DNA of 62,317 bases, filler included, from Gemmatimonadota bacterium (lineage in GTDB: Bacteria; 4572-55; J002), in the NCBI GenBank assembly GCA_003697105.1. It is 4 parts of 4 records of this genome, joined end to end, with 100 filler letters (N's around TTAATTAATTAA, not from the genome) between each part and the next. Parts side by side here need not be neighbours in the genome. Positions count along the whole stretch, not along the records: positions 1 to 28,520 come from RFFQ01000064.1; positions 28,621 to 39,519 come from RFFQ01000065.1; 2 more parts are not named here. The stretch is one strand, 5' to 3'. This document shows, piece by piece, positions 20,601 through 29,467 of this stretch. The number at the start of each line of letters is the position of its first letter. The first letter of the stretch is position 1. The position numbers and the translations under genes were made by a program. The notes under the pieces were generated by a model that saw only the letters and a program-made list of their open reading frames with translations, was not told the origin of the DNA and searched no databases.

Positions 20601-22805
20601 GATATCGGGGAGATTACCATCCGAGGGCGTGAAGTGGATGATATGGTTGAGATTTCCGTGACGGATACCGGGGTGGGTATCCCTGAAGATAAATTTGAAG
20701 TGATTTTTGAATCGTTTGAGCAGGTGGATCGTTCCGATGCACGGGAATTTTCCGGCACGGGGTTGGGGTTAACCATCACCAAAAAATTGGTGGAGCTCCA
20801 TGGCGGTGAAATCACAGTCCGTTCTGAGGTCGGCAAAGGGTCAACTTTTTCCTTCACCCTACCGGTCAGCAGTAAACCGCCGGAATATCGCGTGTATGAT
20901 GCGCTTCGTTTGGCTACGGGACATCTGGTTGGTACGCCGGAAGAGACGGAGATCGAACCGGAGGTTCTCCAACCCGTTGCTCCTACCGGCGAACCGGCAG
21001 ATGAACACCGGTTTAAGATTATGATCGTTGATGATGAACCGGTGAATTTGCAGGTACTAACAAATCATCTCTCGCTCCAAAATTATGCGATTACGCAAGC
21101 CCTGAATGGAATGGAAGCGTTGCACACAATTGAGGTGTACGGGAAGCCGGATTTAATCCTGTTGGATGTGATGATGCCCCGCATGTCGGGGATCGATGTC
21201 TGCCAGCGTATCCGTCAAAAGTACTCTGCCCATGAACTGCCGATCATTCTGCTGACGGCTAAAACCCAAGCCTCTGACCTCGTACAAGGATTTGCCGCCG
21301 GTGCGAATGATTATGTCACCAAGCCGTTTTCTAAAAATGCACTGTTGGCACGGATTCGCACCCATATCCAACTTTCGGAATACAGTATTGCATTGACACG
21401 TGCCAAGGATCGATTGGAAATTTTGCTGGAGGGGACAAAAGAGATGGCAGCGGCGCCCGAACGATTTTCCGCGATGGTACGGGCAACCAGTGCAATCTTG
21501 CAAGAAATTCCGGTTTCAACCCCGCCCCGGGTGGAGATTTATCTAACCTGTAATGAGACAGATCACTACGGTAAATTTTATTATTTTCAGGTGGAAACAG
21601 AACAAGTAGAGCATACCATCCAGTTGACGGTTACCGACCCCGATCAGGTAATGCCAGAGATTTTGGAGCGGCTGCCCGAGCCGTTGGATACTCTGCGCAC
21701 AACCCAACTTCAGGAGGATATGCTGATTCTACCGGTGGTACAACAGGACGTTTTGCTGGGAGTACTGCGGCTTCGCGGTATTGACCCCCTCTTGGTACGG
21801 GATGACGATTATGACTTTTTGGAAACCCTCGTCCAGTCGCTGGCGATTTCGCTGGAAAACATCAATTTCCGGCAGGAACTGGAAGATTTGGTTGCCCGCC
21901 GGACGATTCAGTTGCGCGAGGCACAAGCTCGGTTGGTCAAATTGGAGAAAGAAGCGACCGAAAAGCAGATGGCGGGCGGTTTTGCCCACGAAATGCGAAA
22001 TGCACTCACCAGCGCTCAAACCTTTGTAGAAAAAGCATTGACGGAAGATGAACATGGGGAAGAGATCAGTTTAAGCGTGGTCAATAGCCGCCACATGAAA
22101 GAACTCTATTTGATGCTGAAAAACCACATCCCGCACGAGTATCTAAGGCCTGCCGCCGCCGCCATGAAGCAACTGAACGCAAACGAAAAGACCCTAGATG
22201 AAGTGATCCGCATGGTGCGCCAGTCCATTGGGCGGGCGCTTCACATCACCACCCAAATTATGGATTATGCCCGTATTGGGCAGTATAAGCCGGGTACAGA
22301 ACCGGTCCCCTTGAAACCGTTAATCCAAGAGATTCTCCGCGAATCTCGTGATGCGTTTCGTGAGGCGCATATTGAGGTGAGCCTTGACGTTCCAGATGGC
22401 GTGACCTTGATCGGAGATAAAGCCCATTTCTATTCGATCTTCAAAAATTTGATTTTAAATGCCAAAGATGCGCTTTGTGAAGTGCCCCCCCAACAGCCCC
22501 GCCAACTCGCCATCCGCCACCGGCAAAGCAATCACACCGATCAGATTGAGGTGAGTGACACCGGCATTGGTATCGCTGAAACGGATCAGGCAAAAATTTT
22601 TGAACCGTTCTTTTCCTCTAAGCCGACAACCGGCACCGGATTAGGATTAGGAATGGTACAGAAATTGGTCTTTTTATATCAGGGTGAGATTACCATCCAC
22701 AGCCAACTTCATCAGGGAACAACTTTTATCATAAAATTTCCCCAACCTTCAGAAAGACAATTGCCAAATGGCGAAAATCGTGTTAAGATAGGGGAAAATT
22801 CGTGA
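17676..22805 (+). CDS. Beta-propeller/Y_Y_Y hybrid sensor kinase with two kinase cores (Reg_prop repeats, Y_Y_Y, TM, HisKA, HATPase, REC, GAF-like, HisKA, HATPase)
   Basis: Repeated 'D..G.lWvGT..GLnrfd' blades; [39 protein letters not shown]...LLDVMMP...KPF receiver; second H-box AHEMRNAL with N/DTGIG/F/GTGLGL boxes. Confidence 0.9.
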   Translation: MKHWFGLLFIGLSVVTCLHAVPLKFERLTRDNGLSHQTVFSVTQDSTGFMWFGTLEGVNRYDGYEFKVYRNNPQDSHSLSEDNAGNIYLGRGDVIWIGTWGGGLNRLNLRDETVTHYTHDPADSTSISDNRVQCIVEDSQGYVWVGTRDGGLNQFDPRTGMAIHQYRHDPTDSTSLSHNRIWALQTDAAGYIWAGTSDGLNRIDPRTHTVTRYLQDPSTALGRSRNLIRTIYRASDGLIWVGTREGISIFDPSQEQFIRHYRHDPHNKNSLSGNVINCIYEYDGIFWIGTYGFGLNRFDPRTETFLHYRYNSYDLTSLSDDDIRDIYVDHAQNLWLATRGGGINKADLKPPKFYHVRGIPETENTLSDNSVWAIWQDRTGRLWVGTKRGGLNLITEANGHVNYRVFQNDPNDPYSISQNSIWAVVEDAQGTMWFGTGTGVDKLVWEGDQPRFIHYDHHSKEQSSIEELYQDRAGRFWVGTNGAGLALFDPVMGTFDYFERVKGDSLSLSDNVIWSLLEDSAGNFWVGTGNGLNRMDRERGEFRRYFHERDNPNSLIHNRIWSMYEDRQGILWFGTGGGLSRFDPRSERFTAYTEQDGLANNAIYGIAEDAQGNLWLSTNKGVSKFNPYSRTFRNYDATDGLQSNEFHPGASFQSADGEIFFGGVNGFNRFYPEQVKDNPHVPPLVLTHFTLFGKRVTFDQNITYLDEIRLSYTDDFFAFEFAALDYTNPAKNRYAYKLDGFDRDWNIVKNRRYASYTNLDGGHYIFRVKGSNNDGVWNEQGISIPIYITPPPWKTWWAYGFYVMGIVALVGVYVRVKTRAHEKELAQQREITGRLQKLDKMKDEFLANTSHELRTPLNGIIGIAESLLDGATGALPPETRYNLSIILSSATRLAKQVDDILDFSRLKNRDLKLKRKPVDMYQLTQVVVALIEPLVGKKDVVLQNHIPPDLPFVEGDEDRLQQVMYNLIGNAIKFTDIGEITIRGREVDDMVEISVTDTGVGIPEDKFEVIFESFEQVDRSDAREFSGTGLGLTITKKLVELHGGEITVRSEVGKGSTFSFTLPVSSKPPEYRVYDALRLATGHLVGTPEETEIEPEVLQPVAPTGEPADEHRFKIMIVDDEPVNLQVLTNHLSLQNYAITQALNGMEALHTIEVYGKPDLILLDVMMPRMSGIDVCQRIRQKYSAHELPIILLTAKTQASDLVQGFAAGANDYVTKPFSKNALLARIRTHIQLSEYSIALTRAKDRLEILLEGTKEMAAAPERFSAMVRATSAILQEIPVSTPPRVEIYLTCNETDHYGKFYYFQVETEQVEHTIQLTVTDPDQVMPEILERLPEPLDTLRTTQLQEDMLILPVVQQDVLLGVLRLRGIDPLLVRDDDYDFLETLVQSLAISLENINFRQELEDLVARRTIQLREAQARLVKLEKEATEKQMAGGFAHEMRNALTSAQTFVEKALTEDEHGEEISLSVVNSRHMKELYLMLKNHIPHEYLRPAAAAMKQLNANEKTLDEVIRMVRQSIGRALHITTQIMDYARIGQYKPGTEPVPLKPLIQEILRESRDAFREAHIEVSLDVPDGVTLIGDKAHFYSIFKNLILNAKDALCEVPPQQPRQLAIRHRQSNHTDQIEVSDTGIGIAETDQAKIFEPFFSSKPTTGTGLGLGMVQKLVFLYQGEITIHSQLHQGTTFIIKFPQPSERQLPNGENRVKIGENS
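22761..22789 (+). promoter_or_regulatory. Sigma70-like promoter inside the 3' end of the large kinase gene
   Basis: TTGCCA-17-TAAGAT with a TGn extension; the same hexamers precede uppS. Confidence 0.5.
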
Positions 22806-22834
22806 TGTTAATTCCCCCAAAAGGAAATCCCATA

Positions 22835-24109
22835 ATGTCATTTGATGAATTTGATGAACTTCTCGATCAGGACGCGCGGTTCGGCCTACCGGGTGAGGAT
22901 GATGCCGAAAAACCGTTGGTGATTGTTATTGACGATGATGAATCCGTCCGTGAAGCCCTGCGCTTTGCCTTACGGGATTATTACCGCGTCCAATCGTACA
23001 AAAATGGTACGGAAGGCATCCACCATATTGATGCCTCGGCGCATGCCTTGATTTTGGATATTAAAATGAAGGGCAAAGATGGCTTTGAAACGTTTCAGGA
23101 TATTCGGAAAAAGCTCCCTTACCTGCCCATCATTTTTTACTCCGCTTATCAAGATATTAAAGACCCCTATCAGGTGATGAATGAATACCGTCCCTTTGGT
23201 TACATCACCAAAGGGGAACCGGTACGCAAGTTACTGGATTTGGTGAAACTGGCGTTACGGTATTATAAACAAATTCTACGCATCCAGCAGGAATTGATCG
23301 AAAAACACGCCCGACTGGCAGAAAGTGAGCGCCGGAGCGCCTTGGAAGAACTAGCCGGGATGGTGGCGAGCGAACTCAGCAATAGTTTGACCAGTATCAG
23401 TGTACCTGCCGCTCGTATTCATGATTTACCCCCGTTGGATGTCAATAAAATTTGGGAATGTTGGGAATCCGATGAAGAAGGTGTGATCCTGCAACAGTAC
23501 CTGAATGAATGGCAACGAAACTGGGATATTGTTCAGGATGGGGTGGAGTTGATCCAAGTCTCGGAAGAGCGTGCCCGCCAATTTTTGAACGACTTACAAG
23601 GGTTTATCGGTAGCCGTAGCCACCAGTGGGGGCTGGTTGATATTTGCAATGTGCTGGAAGAAGTGTTGCGCCTACAAAAACAACGGTTAAAATCCGTGCG
23701 GGTGATTACCGAATGCGATGGGGATGAAATCGAAATTATTTCCTCCCGCGGGCAACTGGGGCAGATATTTACCAACTTGATTAGCAATGCGTGTGATGCG
23801 ATGAGTGGGCAAGAATATCCGCAACTTCACATCACAATAGTTCGTAAAAACGAGGGTGTTGAGGTTGCCGTGAAAGATAATGGGATCGGGATTGCACCGG
23901 ATCAATTGCCCCATATTTTCAAGCCGTTTTACTCCACAAAAGGGGTGCGAGCGACCGGGTTGGGGCTTTCCATTGTAGAACGAATTATCAAAGCACACAA
24001 AGGCACCATTGCGGTAGAATCCCAGTTGGGTAAAGGTACTACAATCACCTTCTGGCTGCCGCGAGAAATCCCGATGGAAAACGTGCAGATTATCTCTGCG
24101 GTTGAATAG
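22835..24109 (+). CDS. Receiver domain fused to a histidine-kinase-like core lacking the phospho-His (pseudokinase)
   Basis: IDDDE...LDIKM...ITKG receiver; H-box reads MVASELSN (Ser at the His position); N, G1, F and G2 boxes present; AAGGA SD supports ATG 22835 (ORF track starts at 22802). Confidence 0.85.
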   Translation: MSFDEFDELLDQDARFGLPGEDDAEKPLVIVIDDDESVREALRFALRDYYRVQSYKNGTEGIHHIDASAHALILDIKMKGKDGFETFQDIRKKLPYLPIIFYSAYQDIKDPYQVMNEYRPFGYITKGEPVRKLLDLVKLALRYYKQILRIQQELIEKHARLAESERRSALEELAGMVASELSNSLTSISVPAARIHDLPPLDVNKIWECWESDEEGVILQQYLNEWQRNWDIVQDGVELIQVSEERARQFLNDLQGFIGSRSHQWGLVDICNVLEEVLRLQKQRLKSVRVITECDGDEIEIISSRGQLGQIFTNLISNACDAMSGQEYPQLHITIVRKNEGVEVAVKDNGIGIAPDQLPHIFKPFYSTKGVRATGLGLSIVERIIKAHKGTIAVESQLGKGTTITFWLPREIPMENVQIISAVE

Positions 24110-24136
24110 CCACTTGACATCAGACAAAATAAGATT

Positions 24137-24172
24137 GCCCGTGAGGGGGAAATACCCCTCACGGGCTTTTTT
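24137..24172 (+). terminator. Intrinsic terminator of the kinase operon
   Basis: GCCCGTGAGGGG-gaaata-CCCCTCACGGGC then TTTTTT; overlaps the last codons of convergent apbE. Confidence 0.8.
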
Positions 24173-25232
24173 GGGTTTGGTAGGTCTGTTGTGTCGGGAA
24201 AAACTCCAAGTGGTAATCGTGTACTAAGGTGGAATCCAGATGCACGTTGCCGGATTCATCGATTCGTAAATAGGGATATTCCGGTTTCGGGTGGATGCTG
24301 AGGAGCGAATCCCCGACGACAAAGAAAAAGGTCGCCATTACATCTGCCGTTTCGGCAGTGGGAGCCAGAACCGTAACACTTTGGCACTGCCGGGCAGGAT
24401 AACCGGTGCGAGGGTCTAAAATGTGATGATAGCGAATGTCATCAATGATGGTGTAGCGCTCGTAATCTCCACTGGTCGCGATTGCAGAATTGGTGATTTC
24501 CAGTTTTGCCAACAGCGCTTCTGGCTGGCGCGGATGTTTAATGCCGATCACCCATCGTTGGTCTTCAAACTTAAAACCGGAGGCGTAAATATCGCCTCCG
24601 GCGTTGATCAGAAAGTCTGTAATTCCTTGCTCCCTCAAGGTTGCTGCAGCGCGGTCAATGGCATAACCTTTGGCAATCCCTCCCAAGTCGATCTGCATAC
24701 CCGGTATGGCAAACGCAACGGTTGTGTCTGCCGCATTGAGATCTAACTGGTGATAATCGACTTTTGCCCGCAATGGTTCGATTTCCTCTGGATACGGCAG
24801 GGTAATTTCGTCCTCACCACTGAATCCCCAACGTTTGCTCAGTACCCCAATGGTCACATCAAATAGACCGTTTGTCTGCTCGGCGTAGTGAATTGCCCGT
24901 TCTAAAATAGCGAACGTTTCCGCACTGACCTTGACCGGGTATTCACTGGCATGGGCGTTGATTCGGGCGATTTCACTCTCCGGTAGGTGGGAACTCAGCA
25001 GATGTTCCACCCGCTCCATCTCGTGGAAAGCGTGATAAAATGAGGTCCGGCACGCTTCCACATTCGGGTGCATGGCTTTTATTTCCACCAGCGTACCCAT
25101 CAAATATTTGGTGGCGCTGACTTCAAACTGCATCTCTTCTGCCGGTGTCGTTCCAGCGATCATCAGTGTCACGTAGAACAAAACTCGGACATTAACCCGC
25201 CACACTGTCCACTCCGTACGGTGAAATTCCAT
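24159..25232 (-). CDS. apbE: FAD:protein FMN transferase
   Basis: LMGT, GLFDVTIG, DLGGIAKGYAID, NAGGDI, ATSGDYER, HHILDPRTGYP, ADVMAT; exact start uncertain. Confidence 0.95.
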   Translation of the reverse strand: MEFHRTEWTVWRVNVRVLFYVTLMIAGTTPAEEMQFEVSATKYLMGTLVEIKAMHPNVEACRTSFYHAFHEMERVEHLLSSHLPESEIARINAHASEYPVKVSAETFAILERAIHYAEQTNGLFDVTIGVLSKRWGFSGEDEITLPYPEEIEPLRAKVDYHQLDLNAADTTVAFAIPGMQIDLGGIAKGYAIDRAAATLREQGITDFLINAGGDIYASGFKFEDQRWVIGIKHPRQPEALLAKLEITNSAIATSGDYERYTIIDDIRYHHILDPRTGYPARQCQSVTVLAPTAETADVMATFFFVVGDSLLSIHPKPEYPYLRIDESGNVHLDSTLVHDYHLEFFPTQQTYQTQKSP

Positions 25233-25857
25233 CTAGTGAAACTTGAATTTGGTTTGGAATGCAAACCAGATGTTGTCCGGCTTGATGAATTGCACCCATT
25301 TTTTGGCAGGTTTGATGCCGGCATTCCGCCGCCACAATCCGCACCTTGCCATTTTGGATGTGAACAACAACGTTGCCTTTCAGACCCTCCAGTTCCATTT
25401 CGGTATCCTGATGTAAGGGGTGCCGGACGAGTTGTTCATTACCACGATAAATATACACGTGTTGCGGTGTTGTGGTGAATGCCCCGGATACCAACCGGAT
25501 TAATATTGGGTTTTCTATTACTTGATCCCGGGCGAATTCACGGTAAATTTCTGCTAACCGGCACGATAGGTCATCGGTTTGCTGTTTGAAATTGATGAGG
25601 CGTTGATTCCGAATCAGTACCAAATCAGCGAGATGGTAGCCACTGAGAGGCACCTCCGAATAGCTGATTGTGCCACTTGCAAGTGCCGATCCCCGTAGAG
25701 CGGATTGAATGCGGTTCACGGCAATATCCGGTTGGGGTACGATCAAGGTTAAGGAAAAATCGGTAGTACGTGCCTGAGCAGAAACCGGTATAAACGGACT
25801 GAGTATCAGCCCGGAAGCAAACAGGGTACTCTGCTTGATAAAATCTCGACGATTCAT
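25192..25857 (-). CDS. Tat-exported protein with a C-terminal NusG domain II (DUF1312-like)
   Basis: MNRRDFIK twin-Arg signal; C-terminal GNVVVHIQNGKVRI..AECRHQTCQKMGAI...HLVCIPNQI pattern; AAGGA SD. Confidence 0.8.
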   Translation of the reverse strand: MNRRDFIKQSTLFASGLILSPFIPVSAQARTTDFSLTLIVPQPDIAVNRIQSALRGSALASGTISYSEVPLSGYHLADLVLIRNQRLINFKQQTDDLSCRLAEIYREFARDQVIENPILIRLVSGAFTTTPQHVYIYRGNEQLVRHPLHQDTEMELEGLKGNVVVHIQNGKVRIVAAECRHQTCQKMGAIHQAGQHLVCIPNQIQVSLDGISPYGVDSVAG

Positions 25858-25891
25858 TTGTGATAATCCTTTTGATAGATAAGAAACGGGT

Positions 25892-27064
25892 TCAAATTTC
25901 AAACCGTATCCCCACATTGATAATCAGTGCATACATATTGAGCATGCGGCTGTGCCAATCTGGGGTGGCGGTGTGCCGGTGGTAAACATTCAGCTTAAAA
26001 TGGAATGACTGGTGCTCGGTTGCCAGTGGAATATTCAGGAGCGGCAAGCGAAAACCGTCGGTAAATGTTGCGTTGAACTGGTATTCATTGGAAAACTGCT
26101 CATTGAGTTTGCTATCCACCGTCATGTAGCGTTCCGGCTCGGTGTAATGCTCCCTGAAAAACGATGCCTGCGACTGAAAATAACTGCGGATGCCCCAGCG
26201 CAGTCGTACCTGCCGGTTGTGGAAGTACCGGTTGTATGCCAGCGAGATGGTGTGCGAGTTGACATCCCAATCGTCCCAATAGTAACGATAACCGGCTTCC
26301 AACGCGGAAATATCACTGAGCAGGTAGTTGGTGCGGGTGCCAATCGCTTGCCGCCTCCGAGAATCCGGTACAACGGATTCATACGTACGAACAACCGGGT
26401 TTCCTCGATTATCCGTAGCCAGTATTTGCACCACCTGATAGGGATCGGAGAGAAACCCATTGTACTGAATGTAGGAAAAATTCAGTTGTGAAATCAAGCG
26501 GGGGCTCAAAATCTGCGAGATGCTGGAACTCAGATGCAAGACATCTTTGTTTTTTTGCCATGTGCGGATTTGCGGGGAAACCGTGTCCCAACTACGTACC
26601 ACGCCCGCTTGTAGGGTTGTGTTTTTCTTTGCCAGCGGGTAGGAGATATGGCCCGCTACTGTTGAGGATGTGTAGTCGTGTTCCGTGCTGTAAATGCCAT
26701 TTAGGGAGAGGGTAGCATCTCCAAGAATCTGGGTTATGCCGGCGTTGAGTTCGTGGCGAAGTTCGTCTGGGGTATTGTCCCCGCCACCGCTGGTTTTGTT
26801 TGTGGCAGAGGTCACCCCATCTACTTTGAACGTGCTCCGCATGGAGGCGGCAGAAATTACATCGACCAAATAACGACCCGTGACACTGGTGGACTCCGTG
26901 ACTTTTTTGGTGACCGTAACCGAGGGATAACCGATTTGCACGTTAAATGTATCAAAATAACCGCTCAGATTCACTTGAATTTCATCCGGAGGCAATTCCT
27001 GAGCAAATACCGGCAGTGAGACCCACAGCATCATCACCGCAATTCTTATCCCGAATTTATCCAC
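25892..27064 (-). CDS. DUF3570 family outer-membrane beta-barrel with flavinylation motifs
   Basis: Signal peptide from GTG 27064; DVISAAS and DGVTSAT motifs; STEHDYTS, GFLSDPY, YRYYWDDW, YFQSQASF; context with DUF4266, TlpA and ApbE. Confidence 0.85.
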   Translation of the reverse strand: MDKFGIRIAVMMLWVSLPVFAQELPPDEIQVNLSGYFDTFNVQIGYPSVTVTKKVTESTSVTGRYLVDVISAASMRSTFKVDGVTSATNKTSGGGDNTPDELRHELNAGITQILGDATLSLNGIYSTEHDYTSSTVAGHISYPLAKKNTTLQAGVVRSWDTVSPQIRTWQKNKDVLHLSSSISQILSPRLISQLNFSYIQYNGFLSDPYQVVQILATDNRGNPVVRTYESVVPDSRRRQAIGTRTNYLLSDISALEAGYRYYWDDWDVNSHTISLAYNRYFHNRQVRLRWGIRSYFQSQASFFREHYTEPERYMTVDSKLNEQFSNEYQFNATFTDGFRLPLLNIPLATEHQSFHFKLNVYHRHTATPDWHSRMLNMYALIINVGIRFEI

Positions 27065-27284
27065 AGCCGCATCCCCCACTTTGTGCTCCCGTGCCCCCTG
27101 CCGAACCCTCACGATAATCCAAATGATGCTCTTCAATACCCTTTTCAATGGGATTGGCATCAAAAATCATGATCGGATCGGCAAGGGATTCACGCTCCCA
27201 TGGTTGAACACGGGTACAGCCGCTAAACAGCGCTGGTGCTCCAATCAGCAATAGCAATACGATACTCCGGTACACTGTTTTCAT
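27057..27284 (-). CDS. DUF4266 family lipoprotein
   Basis: Lipobox FSGC, VQPWERESLADPIM, REGSAGG...GGCGCG C-terminus. Confidence 0.9.
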   Translation of the reverse strand: MKTVYRSIVLLLLIGAPALFSGCTRVQPWERESLADPIMIFDANPIEKGIEEHHLDYREGSAGGTGAQSGGCGCG

Positions 27285-27784
27285 TGGTTATCGTCCTTTA
27301 GCAACCGTTGTAATGTGGATTCATATTCCGCTTTTTCCGACGGATTGAAACCGGTGTGAATCGATTGTACAATCCCTTTTTTATCAATAAAATAAGTGGT
27401 TGGCATTGCGGCTAACTCGTAACGAGGCGGTAAGGTTGCCTGTTGATCCCAAAGGATGGGAAAGGTGGGGGCAGGCTCTAAGGAGTCTAAGAACGTTTTC
27501 ATGTTTTTTTCTTTTTTATCAATATTGATCGAGAGCAAGACAAAGTCATCGGACTGGTGCCGGTTGTAAAATTCTACAAAAAAGGGCATTGCCTGTTTGC
27601 AAGGGGTGCACCAGCTTGCCCAGAAGTCGATCAGTACCACTTTTCCCTGAAGATGTGATAGCTGCAGGGTATCTCCTTCCAAGGTGACGCCGTTAATGTC
27701 TGGGGCGGGTTGTCCCACCTCCACCGCATAAAGCGGCAGCGCCAAAAGCAGGATGATCCATCCGGCGGTGATGTTGGTTTTCAT
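27281..27784 (-). CDS. TlpA/ResA-like thiol-disulfide oxidoreductase
   Basis: Signal peptide; GKVVLIDFWASWCTPCK, AMPTTYFIDKKG; GAGGAG SD before ATG 27784. Confidence 0.92.
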   Translation of the reverse strand: MKTNITAGWIILLLALPLYAVEVGQPAPDINGVTLEGDTLQLSHLQGKVVLIDFWASWCTPCKQAMPFFVEFYNRHQSDDFVLLSINIDKKEKNMKTFLDSLEPAPTFPILWDQQATLPPRYELAAMPTTYFIDKKGIVQSIHTGFNPSEKAEYESTLQRLLKDDNQ

Positions 27785-27798
27785 AATTTGCTCCTCTG

Positions 27799-28095
27799 CT
27801 AATCGTCCCATTTTTGACCATGACATTGATAGCACGATGGCGCGATAGACTCAAAGATGCCATCTTCATCCACGTCGGCAGGGCCCCCTCGTAAGTCAGA
27901 ATGGTGGCAATTGGTGGCACTGCAGCCGCTCTCTTGCCGGTATGGATTCTCCAAGCCGGGCTTGTGGAGCGCCGTCCCTTGCCGGATAGTGTGATCCGAC
28001 GGTACACCCGGCTTATCACAACTGCTAATACCCACCGTTAAACCACTCAACGTGATGAAAATCCACCCAATCTTGATTACGTTTTGGTTCTTCAT
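27799..28095 (-). CDS. Small diheme c-type cytochrome lipoprotein
   Basis: Lipobox ISSC; CSATNCH (CX4CH) and CYQCH (CXXCH); two additional upstream His. Confidence 0.75.
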   Translation of the reverse strand: MKNQNVIKIGWIFITLSGLTVGISSCDKPGVPSDHTIRQGTALHKPGLENPYRQESGCSATNCHHSDLRGGPADVDEDGIFESIAPSCYQCHGQKWDD

Positions 28096-28105
28096 GTTCT
28101 AAGCC

Positions 28106-28520
28106 TTACTGCAACAAAACCATCGTTTTTTGCTGAGTAAACATCGCGCCTTCCAATTGATAGAAGTATATCCCGGAGGAGACCACATTGCCGTTGGTAT
28201 CGGTACCATCCCATTCCACCGCATAATGATCCGCCACTTGGGGTTGATCGACTAATACCTTAATCAGTTGCCCTCGGAGATTGTAAATGGTGAGCTTGGC
28301 ATGGGTTTCTTCCGGTAGCGAATAACGAATGGTCGTGCTAGGGTTGAAGGGATTAGGGTAATTTTGTCCTAATTCATATCGTCGTGGGGTGTTCAGAGAA
28401 GACCAGCTCTCGATGTTCGTCCCGATGCCTTCGCCGTGCAGGGAGACGTCTGTTTCTGGAGAGCTGGCGTCATTGCTGAAAATGGTACAAGTACCTGTCT
28501 CTTGACCGGTTGTCTGGGGT
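28106..28520 (-). CDS. 3' part of a secreted protein (Ig/ASH-like domain end plus FlgD/T9SS-type C-terminal domain); 5' end lost at the gap
   Basis: Not in the ORF track; translates ...IFSNDASSPETDVSLHGEG...YELGQNYPNPFNPSTTIRYSLP...WDGTD...SGIYFYQL...TMVLLQ*. Confidence 0.85.
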
Positions 28521-28620
28521 NNNNNNNNNNNNNNNNNNNNNNNNNNNNNNNNNNNNNNNNNNNNTTAATTAATTAANNNNNNNNNNNNNNNNNNNNNNNN
28601 NNNNNNNNNNNNNNNNNNNN
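28521..28620. other. Artificial contig spacer (N44-TTAATTAATTAA-N44)
   Basis: N runs around a six-frame stop linker. Confidence 0.98.
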
Positions 28621-28927
28621 AGGTGGTAAAAAAGAGTTCCTCGATCTCCACACCCGCCGGGTGGAATACAAAATGGGCTTCCCCGTTTAGGTAGGGATCA
28701 ACGGCGGACGTAAGCGACAGCTCAATATTTTGGACGTTAAAACCATTGTGCTGGGGGTCGTGCCCACCACCTTGCAACATCGGGATGGATTCTTCAGCAG
28801 CCGTCGATCCACCCACAGCAAATAAACCATTTAACGAGATTTGGGGATTCATCAAGGACGGTGTCTGGGCAAAGATAACCGCGACACCCCCCACGACAAT
28901 CCATAAGGATAACACTAAATTTTTCAT
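28621..28927 (-). CDS. 5' part of a zinc-regulated outer-membrane receptor/porin family protein; truncated at the gap
   Basis: Signal peptide; MNPQISL, GGHDP..NGF..Q.IELSL...VDPYL, VEIEELF motifs. Confidence 0.7.
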
Positions 28928-29051
28928 CAAACCGATCCCCTCTAATCTGTTGATTTTATTTGAATTATAAAACTATAGACCACCCCCTTACGTCCACCAT
29001 CTGCCTGACGTTCAGATAGGGATGGCATTGTTAATCAACTCAATAGTACGA

Positions 29052-29411
29052 TTAGAGAAAAGCCGGCGGGGAGTGTTTCGGAGCAAAATGAAGGATCGAT
29101 TGGGAGAAAAATACCGGTGTGGACAAAACGCGAGGTACCAAACACGGCAGCACTGTCCAGAACTGCCCAGCAACCAATAAAATAACACCGGTAGTCACAA
29201 ATAGTTGCCAAAGGGCACAATGTTCATGGGTTGAATTTGAAACGGGTGAAGAGGGTAACTCGTGGGAGTGATCCGTATGAGCGTGAACCAATTCGCCATG
29301 AGTGACACAATACTGGTGATCCACCAATAAAAAGTGGTTCAGTGCCACAAGTAGGCTACCAAGGTAAAACAGAGTTACGAATGGTGTTATCGCTTTGATT
29401 CGTCTCATCAT
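29052..29411 (-). CDS. His/Cys-rich small protein, putative metal-responsive leader (DUF2946-like layout)
   Basis: N-terminal hydrophobic helix, HQYCVTHGELVHAH, HEHC, C-terminal APKHSPP; start taken at ATG 29411 because the longer ORF-track start runs through the operator. Confidence 0.7.
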   Translation of the reverse strand: MMRRIKAITPFVTLFYLGSLLVALNHFLLVDHQYCVTHGELVHAHTDHSHELPSSPVSNSTHEHCALWQLFVTTGVILLVAGQFWTVLPCLVPRVLSTPVFFSQSILHFAPKHSPPAFL

Positions 29412-29436
29412 CACGGAATTTTTAGAGTTCTTATAC

Positions 29437-29453
29437 ATGCAACACTGTTGCAT
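29437..29453. promoter_or_regulatory. Zur-type operator
   Basis: Perfect 8-1-8 palindrome ATGCAACA-C-TGTTGCAT, 25 bp upstream of the leader ORF; matches the ATGCAAC-N3-GTTGCAT Zur consensus known from deltaproteobacteria. Confidence 0.75.
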
Positions 29454-29467
29454 CATGAGGATCAAAT

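Noticed and set aside
28521-28620. TTAATTAATTAA palindrome repeated three times (also 39520-39619 and 59108-59207)
   Set aside because: Identical N-flanked six-frame stop linkers from contig concatenation. Not biological, and the zinc receptor fragment must not be joined to the CTD fragment across this gap.
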